Positions 1 to 8,388 of a DNA stretch of 32,000 nucleotides are shown here, piece by piece. Where the stretch lies: positions 68,812-100,811 of the forward strand of contig JAQTOB010000002.1 of NCBI GenBank assembly GCA_028713575.1, given 5' to 3'. Within the stretch, counting starts at the first letter, position 1; each line of letters opens with the position of its first letter. The notes beneath the pieces are model-generated. The model saw only the letters and a list, made by a program, of their open reading frames with translations. It ran no database searches and was not told the origin of the DNA. The translations under genes and the position numbers were made by a program. Source of the DNA: Patescibacteria group bacterium (GTDB lineage Bacteria; Patescibacteriota; Patescibacteriia; UBA2591; UBA6264).

Positions 1-655
1 AACCATTAACAAAAGATGGGAAAAATTAAAGAAAGAGGCGAGGTCCGGTGACAAAAAGATTGTTAAAGAATTAGAAATTATTACTAAAGCGAAAAAAATT
101 TTAGAACAAGAAAAAACTTTATTTAGCCAGGTTTGGGAAAACGAAGAAATAAATTTTTTAAAGACCTGCCAGTTTTTAACTTTTAAACCTTGTCTTTATT
201 TATTGAACGGAGAAGAAAAAGGGGGAAATGATAATTTTATCCAAGAATTTAAAAAAAATAATTGGCCATTTTTAATCATTGATATTTTATCCGAATTGGA
301 AGCCATAGATTTTTCTTTAGAAGAAAGAGAATCTTTTGGTTTATCTAGGGATTCGGAATTAGACATTTTAATAAAAAAAACTTATCAAATGCTTGATTTA
401 ATAACTTTTTTTACTACTGGCGCGGACGAAACCCGGGCTTGGACCTTGAAAAAAGGGGGAAAAGCGCCACAAGCCGGCGGAGTTATTCATACTGATTTTG
501 AAAATTATTTTATTAAAGCCGAGGTTATTAATTGGCAAACATTAATCAACGCCGGTGGTTTTAGTCAGGCTAAAATTAAGGGATTATTAAGAACCGAAGG
601 AAAAGAATATGTAGTTCAAGATGGCGATGTAATTGAAATAAAATCAAACGTTTAA
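1..655 (+). CDS. ychF: Ribosome-binding ATPase YchF/OLA1, C-terminal part (5' end lies upstream of the window; in frame from nt 2)
   Basis: Frame is open from nt 2 (TINKRWEKLKKEA...KPCLYLLNGEE). C-terminal TGS-type segment RAWTLKKGGKAPQAGGVIHTDFENYFIKAEVI...EGKEYVVQDGDVIEIK is typical of YchF. TAA stop at 653-655. Confidence 0.9.
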   Translation, partial: TINKRWEKLKKEARSGDKKIVKELEIITKAKKILEQEKTLFSQVWENEEINFLKTCQFLTFKPCLYLLNGEEKGGNDNFIQEFKKNNWPFLIIDILSELEAIDFSLEERESFGLSRDSELDILIKKTYQMLDLITFFTTGADETRAWTLKKGGKAPQAGGVIHTDFENYFIKAEVINWQTLINAGGFSQAKIKGLLRTEGKEYVVQDGDVIEIKSNV

Positions 656-715
656 AAAATTTATTTTATTATTACGAAAAAAACGAAAAAAATTATTATT
701 ATTTGCCTCATTGTT

Positions 716-1561
716 TTGACCTTATTGTTTCTTTTTGTTTTTTTAAGAAGCAATGAAGATGCTTGGATTTGCGAAAATGGAATTTGGGTTAAACACGGCA
801 ATCCTTCAGTCAAAAAACCAAATAAGCCATGCGGTGTCATTGAGGAAAAAATAAAAATTGAGCAACCCCAAATAAATGAAATTATTGCCAGTCCTTTGGA
901 AATAAAGGGAAAAGCTAGAGGATTTTGGTTTTTTGAGGCCTCTTTTCCCATTGAACTAAGGGATGAGAACAAAAATCTAATCGCGCAAAGTTTAGGAGAG
1001 GCTCAGACCGATTGGATGACTGATAATTTTGTTCCTTTTGAATCAACAATGGAATTTTCCGTGCCAGAAACAGAAAAAGGCGTTTTAATTTTTAAAAAAG
1101 ACAATCCTTCAGGTTTACTTGAAAACGATGAACAATTAGAAATTCCCGTGATTTTTAGCAAACCAATAACAGAAATGATAAAAATAAAAGTATATTTTAA
1201 TAACAGCAATCTTGACCCAGAAATATCTTGTAATAGGGTTTTCCCCACGGAAAGAGAAGTGGTCAAAACATCAACCTTGGCCAGAGCGACTCTAAATGAA
1301 TTATTAAAGGGCGTTTCCGAAGAAGAAAAAATTCAAGGGTTTTTTACCAGCATCAACTCAGATGTGATAATTCAAAAATTGACTATTGAAGACGGCGTGG
1401 CTAAAGTAGATTTTAATGAACAAATGGAATATCAAGTGGGCGGTTCATGCCGGGTTTCAGCCATTCGGGCGCAAATTACCGAGACCTTAAAACAATTTCC
1501 CAGCGTTAAAGAAGTGATTATTTCCGTAAATGGCCGAATTGAAGATATTTTGCAGCCCTAA
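716..1561 (+). CDS. Secreted Gmad2 Ig-like + GerMN domain protein (start codon uncertain, probably further upstream)
   Basis: SPLEIKGKARGFWFFEASFPIELRDENKNLIA...WMTDNFVPFESTMEF...KDNPSG matches the Gmad2 Ig-like domain pattern. VYFNNSNLDPEISCNRVFPTEREV...ATLNELLKG...GVAKVDFNEQ matches GerMN. The in-frame upstream codons encode a KKTKK + hydrophobic signal anchor. Confidence 0.8.
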   Translation: MTLLFLFVFLRSNEDAWICENGIWVKHGNPSVKKPNKPCGVIEEKIKIEQPQINEIIASPLEIKGKARGFWFFEASFPIELRDENKNLIAQSLGEAQTDWMTDNFVPFESTMEFSVPETEKGVLIFKKDNPSGLLENDEQLEIPVIFSKPITEMIKIKVYFNNSNLDPEISCNRVFPTEREVVKTSTLARATLNELLKGVSEEEKIQGFFTSINSDVIIQKLTIEDGVAKVDFNEQMEYQVGGSCRVSAIRAQITETLKQFPSVKEVIISVNGRIEDILQP

Positions 1562-1585
1562 AATTCTGAATTTGATAAAATAATA

Positions 1586-1594
1586 TGATATTTT
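1586..1594 (+). promoter_or_regulatory. Extended -10 element TGaTATTTT ending 6 nt before the rarA ATG
   Basis: TG at 1586-1587 and TATTTT at 1589-1594, with the ATG at 1601. No Shine-Dalgarno motif lies in between. Confidence 0.35.
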
Positions 1595-1600
1595 TTTATT

Positions 1601-2827
1601 ATGACCGCATTAAACAACAGCCCATTGGCCGATCGGATAAGACCCCTGTCTTTTAATGATTTTTTGGGCCAAGAAGAAATTATCGGACCAAAAACTCTTT
1701 TAAGAAGAGCGATTGAAATTGACCAATTGCCGTCTATGATTTTTTGGGGACCGCCGGGTAGCGGTAAAACTACTCTGGCTTTTATTATTGCTCAACAAAC
1801 TAAGTCTGATTTTCATCAATTAAGCGCGGTTAACACCGGCTTAAAACAATTAAGAGAAATTATTAAAACAGCGGAAAATAATAAAAAGAACGACAAAAAA
1901 ACAATTCTTTTTATTGATGAAATTCATCGTTGGAATAAGGCGCAACAAGACGCGCTTTTGCCTTACGTAGAAAAAGGAGTGATTATTTTAATCGGCGCGA
2001 CCACGGAAAATCCAAGTTTTGAAATAATCGGCGCTCTTTTATCTCGTTGCCGAGTTTTTGTTTTAAAACAATTAAACCAGGAACAGTTGGTTAAGATTAT
2101 AAAATCGGCATTAAAAGATAAAAAAAAAGGATTAGGGATGTTTAAAATAAAAATGGACGAAAAAACAATAAATCTTTTGTCCCAAATGAGCAATGGCGAC
2201 GCGCGGACCGCTTTGAATGTTTTAGAATATGCGGTTTTTTCTCAAAATACTTTAGAAAAAAAGATAATTGAAATTAATTTGGAAACAATTAAACAAGCTT
2301 TTCAAAAATCATATCTTTTTTATGACAAAAACGGAGAAGAACATTATAATATCATTTCCGCTTTACATAAATCAATGAGGGGGTCGGATGCCAACGCCAG
2401 TCTTTATTGGCTGGCGCGAATGATTGAAGCCGGCGAGGACCCTTTATATATCGCCCGACGTTTAATTCGTTTTGCTTCAGAAGACATTGGGCTATCTAAT
2501 TCCAAGGCCCTGGAGCAGGCTGTAGCCGCTTATCAGGCCTGTCATTTTATCGGCCTGCCAGAATGTAATATAATTTTGGCCCAGACCGTGGTTTATATGG
2601 CTAAGTGTAAAAAATCAAATGATTTATATGTTGCTTACGAAAAGGCGGCAAATGACGTAAAAACTTACGGCAATTTGCCCGTGCCCTTGCATATCCGCAA
2701 CGCCCCGACAAAATTAATGAAAAAATTAGGTTATGGTAAGGGGTATAAATACAGTCCGGATTATGATTATGAAGAAAAACAAGAATATCTGCCGGATAAA
2801 TTAAAAAACAGAAAATATTTAAAATGA
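1601..2827 (+). CDS. rarA: Replication-associated recombination protein A (RarA/MgsA AAA+ ATPase)
   Basis: Walker A WGPPGSGKTTLA, Walker B LFIDEIHRWNKAQQDALLP, and the MgsA C-terminal region YDKNGEEHYNIISALHKSMRGSDANASLYWLARMIEAGEDPLYIARRL...HIRNAPTKLMKKLGYGKGYKY. Confidence 0.95.
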   Translation: MTALNNSPLADRIRPLSFNDFLGQEEIIGPKTLLRRAIEIDQLPSMIFWGPPGSGKTTLAFIIAQQTKSDFHQLSAVNTGLKQLREIIKTAENNKKNDKKTILFIDEIHRWNKAQQDALLPYVEKGVIILIGATTENPSFEIIGALLSRCRVFVLKQLNQEQLVKIIKSALKDKKKGLGMFKIKMDEKTINLLSQMSNGDARTALNVLEYAVFSQNTLEKKIIEINLETIKQAFQKSYLFYDKNGEEHYNIISALHKSMRGSDANASLYWLARMIEAGEDPLYIARRLIRFASEDIGLSNSKALEQAVAAYQACHFIGLPECNIILAQTVVYMAKCKKSNDLYVAYEKAANDVKTYGNLPVPLHIRNAPTKLMKKLGYGKGYKYSPDYDYEEKQEYLPDKLKNRKYLK

Positions 2828-3534
2828 TATTACCAGAATCAATTAAATTAAAAAAAGAATTGAAAAGAGTGGCTAATCCAAAGCGGGCAAAAACATCCCA
2901 ACGATTTTTTAAAACAGGGAGAGGAGAGTATGGAGAAGGGGATGTATTTCTGGGAATCAATACTCCTCAACAAAGGAAAATAGCCGCGAAATATAATAAT
3001 CTTAGTTTAACAGAAATAAAAAAACTTTTAAAAGAAAAAATTCATGAATGCCGTTTTATCGCTTTAGTCATTTTGATTAAAAAATATCAAAAGGTTGAAC
3101 AAAAAGAAAAAAAACAAATTTTTGAATTTTATTTAAATAATTCTAAAAAAATAAATAATTGGGACTTAGTTGATATTTCTGCGCCAAAAATTATCGGCGA
3201 TTATCTTTTAGATAAAAAAAACAAAAAAATTCTTTATCAGTTAGCCAAATCAAATAATCTTTGGCAAAAAAGAATCGCTATTTTGGCCACATTTTCTTTT
3301 ATTAAAAATAATGAATTTGAACATACTTTTAAAATCAGTAAACTTTTATTTAATGACCAACATGATTTAATTCATAAAGCAATTGGTTGGATGTTAAGAG
3401 AAGTGGGGAATAAAAATCAAAAACAAGAAGAATTATTTTTAAAAAAATATTCAAAACAAATGCCGCGAACGGCCTTGCGATACGCAATTGAAAAATTTGA
3501 CGAAAAAAAAAGAAAAGAATATTTAGAACCGTAA
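2824..3534 (+). CDS. DNA alkylation repair protein (AlkD-like HEAT-repeat family)
   Basis: RAKTSQRFFKTGRGEYGEGDVFLGINTPQQRKIA...NNWDLVD.SAPKIIG...LWQKRIAILATF...HDLIHKAIGWMLREVG follows the family pattern. ATGA overlap with the rarA stop. Confidence 0.85.
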   Translation: MILPESIKLKKELKRVANPKRAKTSQRFFKTGRGEYGEGDVFLGINTPQQRKIAAKYNNLSLTEIKKLLKEKIHECRFIALVILIKKYQKVEQKEKKQIFEFYLNNSKKINNWDLVDISAPKIIGDYLLDKKNKKILYQLAKSNNLWQKRIAILATFSFIKNNEFEHTFKISKLLFNDQHDLIHKAIGWMLREVGNKNQKQEELFLKKYSKQMPRTALRYAIEKFDEKKRKEYLEP

Positions 3535-3596
3535 TCTTTAATCTTTGAAAAATTGTATTCTTAGATTTTTTATTTTGACTTTTTTATAAATTTTAC

Positions 3597-3625
3597 TTGC
3601 ATAAAAATTATTTATGCAGTATAAT
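3597..3625 (+). promoter_or_regulatory. Sigma70-type promoter TTGCAT-17-TATAAT whose spacer carries the inverted repeat TGCATAAA-N5-TTTATGCA
   Basis: -35 TTGCAT at 3597-3602, a 17-nt spacer, and -10 TATAAT at 3620-3625. Perfect 8-bp inverted-repeat arms span 3598-3618. The element lies 25 nt upstream of the ATG at 3651. Confidence 0.6.
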
Positions 3626-3650
3626 ATCAATGATTATATAAATAAAAATT

Positions 3651-3755
3651 ATGAATAGAAAAAAATCCAGAAAAATCGCTAAAATTTTAAAACAAAGAGG
3701 CGTCAAAAAGCTGTCCAAGGCGCAAAAAACAAAACTTAAAAATCAATTTAAATAA
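3651..3755 (+). CDS. 34-aa highly basic small protein (below the ORF-track cutoff), function unknown
   Basis: ATG..TAA ORF encoding MNRKKSRKIAKILKQRGVKKLSKAQKTKLKNQFK, which is Lys/Arg rich. A strong promoter lies directly upstream and there is no competing ORF in the 255-nt gap. Confidence 0.45.
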   Translation: MNRKKSRKIAKILKQRGVKKLSKAQKTKLKNQFK

Positions 3756-3789
3756 AGTCGTATTAATTAATATACATTATTTAAAGTTT

Positions 3790-4023
3790 ATGAAAAAAAT
3801 CAGAATTTTCGGCTTAGTTTTAATTCTTGGTTTAATTTTGGTTTTAAACGCCGCCTGCGTTCAAAAATCAGAGACAGAAGTAAATCAAGAAGAATTAATG
3901 CCCGAAGGCGAATCAATGGAAACTGAATATGAATTAATGCCCGAAGGCGAATCAATGGAAACTGAATCTTTGACAGAACCTTCAATGGAAATGAACTTAG
4001 AATCAGAAGAAGTTTCCGAATAA
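3790..4023 (+). CDS. Small secreted/lipoprotein-like acidic repeat protein
   Basis: Signal peptide MKKIRIFGLVLILGLILVLNAAC with a Cys after the hydrophobic core. The mature part is Glu/Met rich and has a duplicated ELMPEGESMETE unit. Confidence 0.6.
   Translation: MKKIRIFGLVLILGLILVLNAACVQKSETEVNQEELMPEGESMETEYELMPEGESMETESLTEPSMEMNLESEEVSE
3892..3969 (+). repeat. Two tandem 39-nt copies inside the acidic lipoprotein gene
   Basis: 3892-3930 and 3931-3969 differ at a single base (gaattaatgcccgaaggcgaatcaatggaaactgaata/ct). Confidence 0.95.
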
Positions 4024-4044
4024 TTCATATCCTTATTATTCAAA

Positions 4045-4083
4045 ATAATCCCATTAGAATTTTTTTAATGGGATTATTTTTAA
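4045..4083 (+). terminator. Rho-independent terminator
   Basis: Perfect 12-bp stem ATAATCCCATTA (4045-4056) / TAATGGGATTAT (4066-4077) with a 9-nt loop, followed by a TTTTT run. Confidence 0.8.
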
Positions 4084-4114
4084 AATAAATCATCTTTTAT
4101 TTTAATTGTTTTTA

Positions 4115-4123
4115 TGATATAAT
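4115..4123 (+). promoter_or_regulatory. Extended -10 promoter TGaTATAAT ending 7 nt before the kinase ATG
   Basis: TG at 4115-4116 and TATAAT at 4118-4123, with the ATG at 4131. Confidence 0.5.
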
Positions 4124-4130
4124 AAAGGAC

Positions 4131-6467
4131 ATGAAAAAAATAAGAATTAATTTAACGACTAAATTTATTATTCTATTTTTAACCGTTTCTTTGGCTCCTT
4201 TATTGATTGCCATTTATGTTAGTTATGACAGTTCAAGAAAGGTTTTGGAAGAAAAAACCGCTTATTATTTTTACGGGATTATTGATAACAAAATAAATCA
4301 AATAGAATCATATTTTTTAAATCGAAAAAATGAAATTGCCAATCTGATTAAAATTCCGACTATTATTGAAGCAGTAGAAAAATTTAATGAAGTTAAAAAA
4401 AAGAACGGAATAAATTCTTCAGCTTATAAAAAAATTGACGACGAAATAAGACCGATTTTAACCTATTTTAAAGAATCATTAGATTACCATGACTTGATAT
4501 TAATCTCAATTGACGGGCAATTACTTTTTTCAATTGAACAACAAATAAATGACCTTTTTTTAAAAAACGAAGAATTAAAAATTCTTTTTAATAAATCAAA
4601 GGCATTGCTGACAACAGAAATGTCTTCTTTTAAATATGACGAAACAAAGCAAAAACTTTATGCTTTTATTATTACGCCAATAATTCAGGAAAGCAATTTA
4701 ATCGGTTTTGGAATTTTTAAAATAGATCATGAGGGCATTTATAATATTATTCAGGATTATGCCGGCTTGGGTATCAGTGGCGAAATAATCTTAGCCTTTA
4801 ATCATAATAATAATGCTGTTTTTATCGCCCCTTTAAGACAAGAGCCTGGAGCTCCTTTTACAAAACAAATTGCTTTTAATTCTGATAAGCAAATTGACAT
4901 TCAAAAGGCCTTGCAGGGATTGAGGGGCTGGGATATTACCGTTGATTATAAATCAGAAAAAACTTTAGCCGCTTGGAGCTATTTACCGGCTTTTCATTGG
5001 GGAATGACCGCAAAAATGGATTTATCGGAAATTTTAGAAATGGCAGAAGATTTAAAAAATAGACTTTTAATCATTGCTTTAATTCTTTTAATAATGACAA
5101 TTTTGATTACAATTTTAATGGTTTTTTCCGTTTCCAAGCCAATTAAAAAACTTACTTCTGTCGTTGCAGATATTTCTCAGGGAAATTTATCGGCTCGCGT
5201 TTTTATAAATTCCAATGATGAAATTGAAGATTTAGCCGTATCATTTAACCAAATGACTGATAATTTATTAAAAACGCAAAATGATTTAAAAAATAAAAGC
5301 AATCAATTAACCATTAATTTAAAAAATTTAAACGAGGAAAAAGAAAAAGTTGTTCAAGCAAAAGAAAAATTAGACACCATTCTTTACGGCATTGGTGAAG
5401 GGGTGTTTGTTCTTAATAAAGAAAAAAAAATAAACATTTTTAATCGCGAAGCGCAAAATATTTCTGGTTTTACGTCTGAAAAAATAACCGGAAGAAAATA
5501 TAATCAATATTTAAAATTTGTAATTGAAGATAAAAATAAAAATGTTATTGATAGTGATTTTATTCAAAAAATTTTAAATCCTGAGAAAATCATAAATTTT
5601 CCAAATGGATCTTTTCTAATCAACAAAAACGGCAAAAAAATACCAATTCAGGGAAGCATTGCTCCGCTTAAAAATAACTTCAATGAATTAATCGCTTATG
5701 TAATTGTTTTTCGGGATATAACCAAAGAAAAAGAAATAGACCAGGCAAAAACAGAATTTGTTTCTTTAGCTTCTCATCAATTAAGAACGCCCTTGTCTGC
5801 CATTAATTGGTATTCGGAAATGCTTTTAGACGAAGAGATAGGAAAAATAAATGAAAATCAAAAAAAATATTTAAAATCTCTTTCTGAAGCGAGTAAACGT
5901 ATGGTGGAATTGGTTAATTCTTTATTAAATGTTTCCCGTATTGAGTTAGGAACCTTTGTTATTAATCCAGAACCGACTAATTTTTTAGAAATTGCCGACA
6001 GTGTCATTAAAGAGCAAGGTCAGCAAATTAAAGAGAAAAAATTAAGACTTGAAAAAAAATATGATTTAAATTTGCCAATTGTCAACGCAGACCCAAAGCT
6101 TTTAAGAATGATTTTTCAGAATTTAATTTCCAATTCCGTCAAATATACGCCGGAAGGAGGAAATATTGACATTATTGTTAAAAAACAAGAGAAAAATATT
6201 TTGATTAATGTTATTGATTCGGGATATGGAATCCCCAAAAACCAACAAGGGAAAATTTTTACTAAATTATTTCGCGCGGATAATGTTTTAGAAAAAGATA
6301 CCGATGGCAATGGTCTCGGCTTGTATATTGCCAAATCCGTGACAGAACAATCGGGTGGAAGGATTTGGTTTGAATCAGAAGAAAATAAAGGCACATCCTT
6401 TTTTGTCACCATTCCTTTTGAGGGTATGCGGAAAAAGAGAGGTAATAAAATTTTAATTAATAATTAA
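4131..6467 (+). CDS. Sensor histidine kinase (extracytoplasmic Cache-like domain, HAMP, PAS, HisKA, HATPase_c)
   Basis: Two TM segments flank a ~290-aa external domain. HAMP segment PIKKLTSVVADISQGNLSARV..NDEIEDLAVSFNQM, PAS segment LDTILYGIGEGVFVLNKE, H-box FVSLASHQLRTPL, N-box NLISNSVKYT, and G-boxes DSGYGIP and GNGLGLYIAK. Confidence 0.9.
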   Translation: MKKIRINLTTKFIILFLTVSLAPLLIAIYVSYDSSRKVLEEKTAYYFYGIIDNKINQIESYFLNRKNEIANLIKIPTIIEAVEKFNEVKKKNGINSSAYKKIDDEIRPILTYFKESLDYHDLILISIDGQLLFSIEQQINDLFLKNEELKILFNKSKALLTTEMSSFKYDETKQKLYAFIITPIIQESNLIGFGIFKIDHEGIYNIIQDYAGLGISGEIILAFNHNNNAVFIAPLRQEPGAPFTKQIAFNSDKQIDIQKALQGLRGWDITVDYKSEKTLAAWSYLPAFHWGMTAKMDLSEILEMAEDLKNRLLIIALILLIMTILITILMVFSVSKPIKKLTSVVADISQGNLSARVFINSNDEIEDLAVSFNQMTDNLLKTQNDLKNKSNQLTINLKNLNEEKEKVVQAKEKLDTILYGIGEGVFVLNKEKKINIFNREAQNISGFTSEKITGRKYNQYLKFVIEDKNKNVIDSDFIQKILNPEKIINFPNGSFLINKNGKKIPIQGSIAPLKNNFNELIAYVIVFRDITKEKEIDQAKTEFVSLASHQLRTPLSAINWYSEMLLDEEIGKINENQKKYLKSLSEASKRMVELVNSLLNVSRIELGTFVINPEPTNFLEIADSVIKEQGQQIKEKKLRLEKKYDLNLPIVNADPKLLRMIFQNLISNSVKYTPEGGNIDIIVKKQEKNILINVIDSGYGIPKNQQGKIFTKLFRADNVLEKDTDGNGLGLYIAKSVTEQSGGRIWFESEENKGTSFFVTIPFEGMRKKRGNKILINN

Positions 6468-6478
6468 AATATATTCGT

Positions 6479-6865
6479 ATGACTACCTTAGCAAGAAAAA
6501 AAATTCTTATTGTAGAGGATGAAATTTCCTTGCGTCAGGCTTTATTTGATAAATTTACAAGGGAAAATTTTCAGGCCTTAGAGGCAAAAAACGGAGAAGA
6601 AGGATTAGAGGTCGCCCTTAAAGAACGTCCGGATATAATCCTTTTAGACATTATAATGCCCAAGGTTGACGGTTTAACCATGCTAAAAAGTTTACGCCGA
6701 GATGAATGGGGAAAAGATGTTCCAGTCATTATTTTGACTAATCTTAATGATGCAGAAAATGTTTTCCACGCCGTAGAAAATAATGTTTATGATTTTTTAG
6801 TAAAAAGCGATTGGCGATTAAATGAATTGGTGGAACGAGTTAAAAATAAATTGCAGATTTCTTAA
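6479..6865 (+). CDS. Stand-alone response-regulator receiver (CheY-like, no output domain)
   Basis: KKILIVEDE, phospho-acceptor context IILLDIIMPKVDG, then VIILTNL and FLVKS. At 128 aa it is a receiver domain only. It starts 12 nt after the kinase. Confidence 0.9.
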   Translation: MTTLARKKILIVEDEISLRQALFDKFTRENFQALEAKNGEEGLEVALKERPDIILLDIIMPKVDGLTMLKSLRRDEWGKDVPVIILTNLNDAENVFHAVENNVYDFLVKSDWRLNELVERVKNKLQIS

Positions 6866-6884
6866 ACAATTTTTATTTTTAAAT

Positions 6885-8384
6885 ATGAAATTGAAATCAG
6901 TCCTTGGTTTAAATATTTCTGACCAAAAAATAGAAATTTTATCCTTGTCTTCTTGGTCAAAAATTAAAAATTTTGGCGAAATTATTTTAGAACAGGATAT
7001 TGTCAAGGGTGGCTTTATTTTAAATAAAGAAAAATTAATCAAAAAACTTGAAGAGCTTATTAGTAAAACGAAAATTGAATCAAAGCAAGCAATCGTCTCC
7101 TTGCCGGATTCAAAAATTTTCGTTCATGTTTTTCAAGTGGAAAAAAATTTAAAAGGAAAAAAATTAAGAGAAAAAATTATTACTGAAGCAACAAAAATAT
7201 TTTCTTTAAAACCAGAAAATGTTTATTGGAGTTATCAAATAACTTCTATTGATTCAAAAATGAAAGAAGTTCTTTACACAGCGGTTTTTAAAAATATAAT
7301 TGATGATTATTTAGAAGTTTTATCAGAAATAAAACTTAAGCCCGTTGTTTTTGAACCGGAATCATTGGCCTTGGGCAGAATTTTGTTAGAAGATTCACAA
7401 AACGCTGTCATTATTAATTTAACGGAAAGAACAACAAATATCAGTATTTTTTATCAACAAAAATTAAAACGGTCCTTAACTAAATTAACAGGTGAAAATA
7501 ATTTTATCCAAGATATCAGCGATGAATTAAAAATATCTTCTTCTGAAGCGAAAGACCTTGAAAAAATTGGCTGGAAAGAAAAACAAATAGCAGTTATTTT
7601 AGAAAAAGGATTAGAGGAATTAATTAGAGAAATAAAAAATATTTTAGATTATAATTTTGATTTAATTGAGGAAATAATTTTAACCGGCCGTTTTTCTTCA
7701 ATTTTTGGCCTTGATTCTTATTTATCGTCTGTTTTTAAAAAAAATGTTGTTTTTAAAAATTCAATAAATAAAAAATTGAAATTGGAAAATGATTCTTCTT
7801 ATCATGTTGTTATTGGTCTGGCTACAAGGGGTTTAAATAAAAAAACAAACAAAGAAATAAATTTACTGCCTGATAAAATTAAAATAAAAAATTTGATTAA
7901 TAAACCAAAAAGAAACAAAATTCAAGTTCTAAGATATGCTTTTCTTTTTTTGTTTTTAATTTTTGGCGCCGGTCTGATTATAAATTATGTCATTTCTCTA
8001 AAACAAACACCAAAAAACACAGAAAAAATTATCCCCTTAGAAAAACAATTGACTTTAAATGAAGCCGAGACAGAAAAAGAAATTGCCGGAGAAACAGAAG
8101 AAATTGCCGGAGAAACAGAAGAAATAAAAGAACCAAAAGAAAATGAAATCAAGAAAGAAAAAATAGATGAGACAGACGAACCGATTATTTCTCAAATATC
8201 AGTTAAAGAAGACGTTGATGTTTTAAACGTTAGAAGCGGACCGGGGACAAATTATGCCATTGTAACAAAAATTCACGCCGAAGAAATTTATTCACTTTTA
8301 GAAGAAAACGAAAATTGGTGTAAAATAAAAATAAATGACCAAGCGGAAGGGTGGGTTTTCGCTGATTATATTATTAAAAAATAA
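6885..8384 (+). CDS. pilM: PilM-like pilus assembly ATPase-fold protein fused to a TM segment, acidic repeat linker and C-terminal SH3b domain
   Basis: The N-terminus MKLKSVLGLNISDQKIEILSL and the following ~330 aa are PilM/actin-like. TM segment VLRYAFLFLFLIFGAGLIINYVISL. The EIAGETE repeats are followed by VNVRSGPGTNYAIVTKIHAEEIYSLLEENENWCKIKINDQAEGWVFADYI, a bacterial SH3 pattern. I prefer the ATG at 6885 to the track start at 6822, which overlaps the regulator. Confidence 0.75.
   Translation: MKLKSVLGLNISDQKIEILSLSSWSKIKNFGEIILEQDIVKGGFILNKEKLIKKLEELISKTKIESKQAIVSLPDSKIFVHVFQVEKNLKGKKLREKIITEATKIFSLKPENVYWSYQITSIDSKMKEVLYTAVFKNIIDDYLEVLSEIKLKPVVFEPESLALGRILLEDSQNAVIINLTERTTNISIFYQQKLKRSLTKLTGENNFIQDISDELKISSSEAKDLEKIGWKEKQIAVILEKGLEELIREIKNILDYNFDLIEEIILTGRFSSIFGLDSYLSSVFKKNVVFKNSINKKLKLENDSSYHVVIGLATRGLNKKTNKEINLLPDKIKIKNLINKPKRNKIQVLRYAFLFLFLIFGAGLIINYVISLKQTPKNTEKIIPLEKQLTLNEAETEKEIAGETEEIAGETEEIKEPKENEIKKEKIDETDEPIISQISVKEDVDVLNVRSGPGTNYAIVTKIHAEEIYSLLEENENWCKIKINDQAEGWVFADYIIKK
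8079..8125 (+). repeat. Tandem 21-nt repeat (two identical copies plus a partial one) encoding EIAGETE
   Basis: gaaattgccggagaaacagaa at 8079-8099 is identical to 8100-8120. A partial third copy, gaaat, follows. Confidence 0.95.
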
Positions 8385-8388
8385 ATAT

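Noticed and set aside
6822-6884. Longer upstream starts given by the ORF track: pilM-like at 6822, pilin-like at 8335, ftsQ at 13185.
   Set aside because: These extensions overlap the preceding genes by 44-80 nt and encode non-conserved sequence. The internal ATGs at 6885, 8389 and 13257 give canonical N-termini (MKLKSVLGLNIS, MKLKSFTF, and a basic tail before the TM segment) with short or stop-overlapping junctions.
3892-8125. Tandem repeats at 3892-3969 and 8079-8125 considered as possible CRISPR or minisatellite arrays.
   Set aside because: Each has only two adjacent copies with no spacers. They are in frame within coding sequence, and no cas genes are in the window. They are intragenic duplications.
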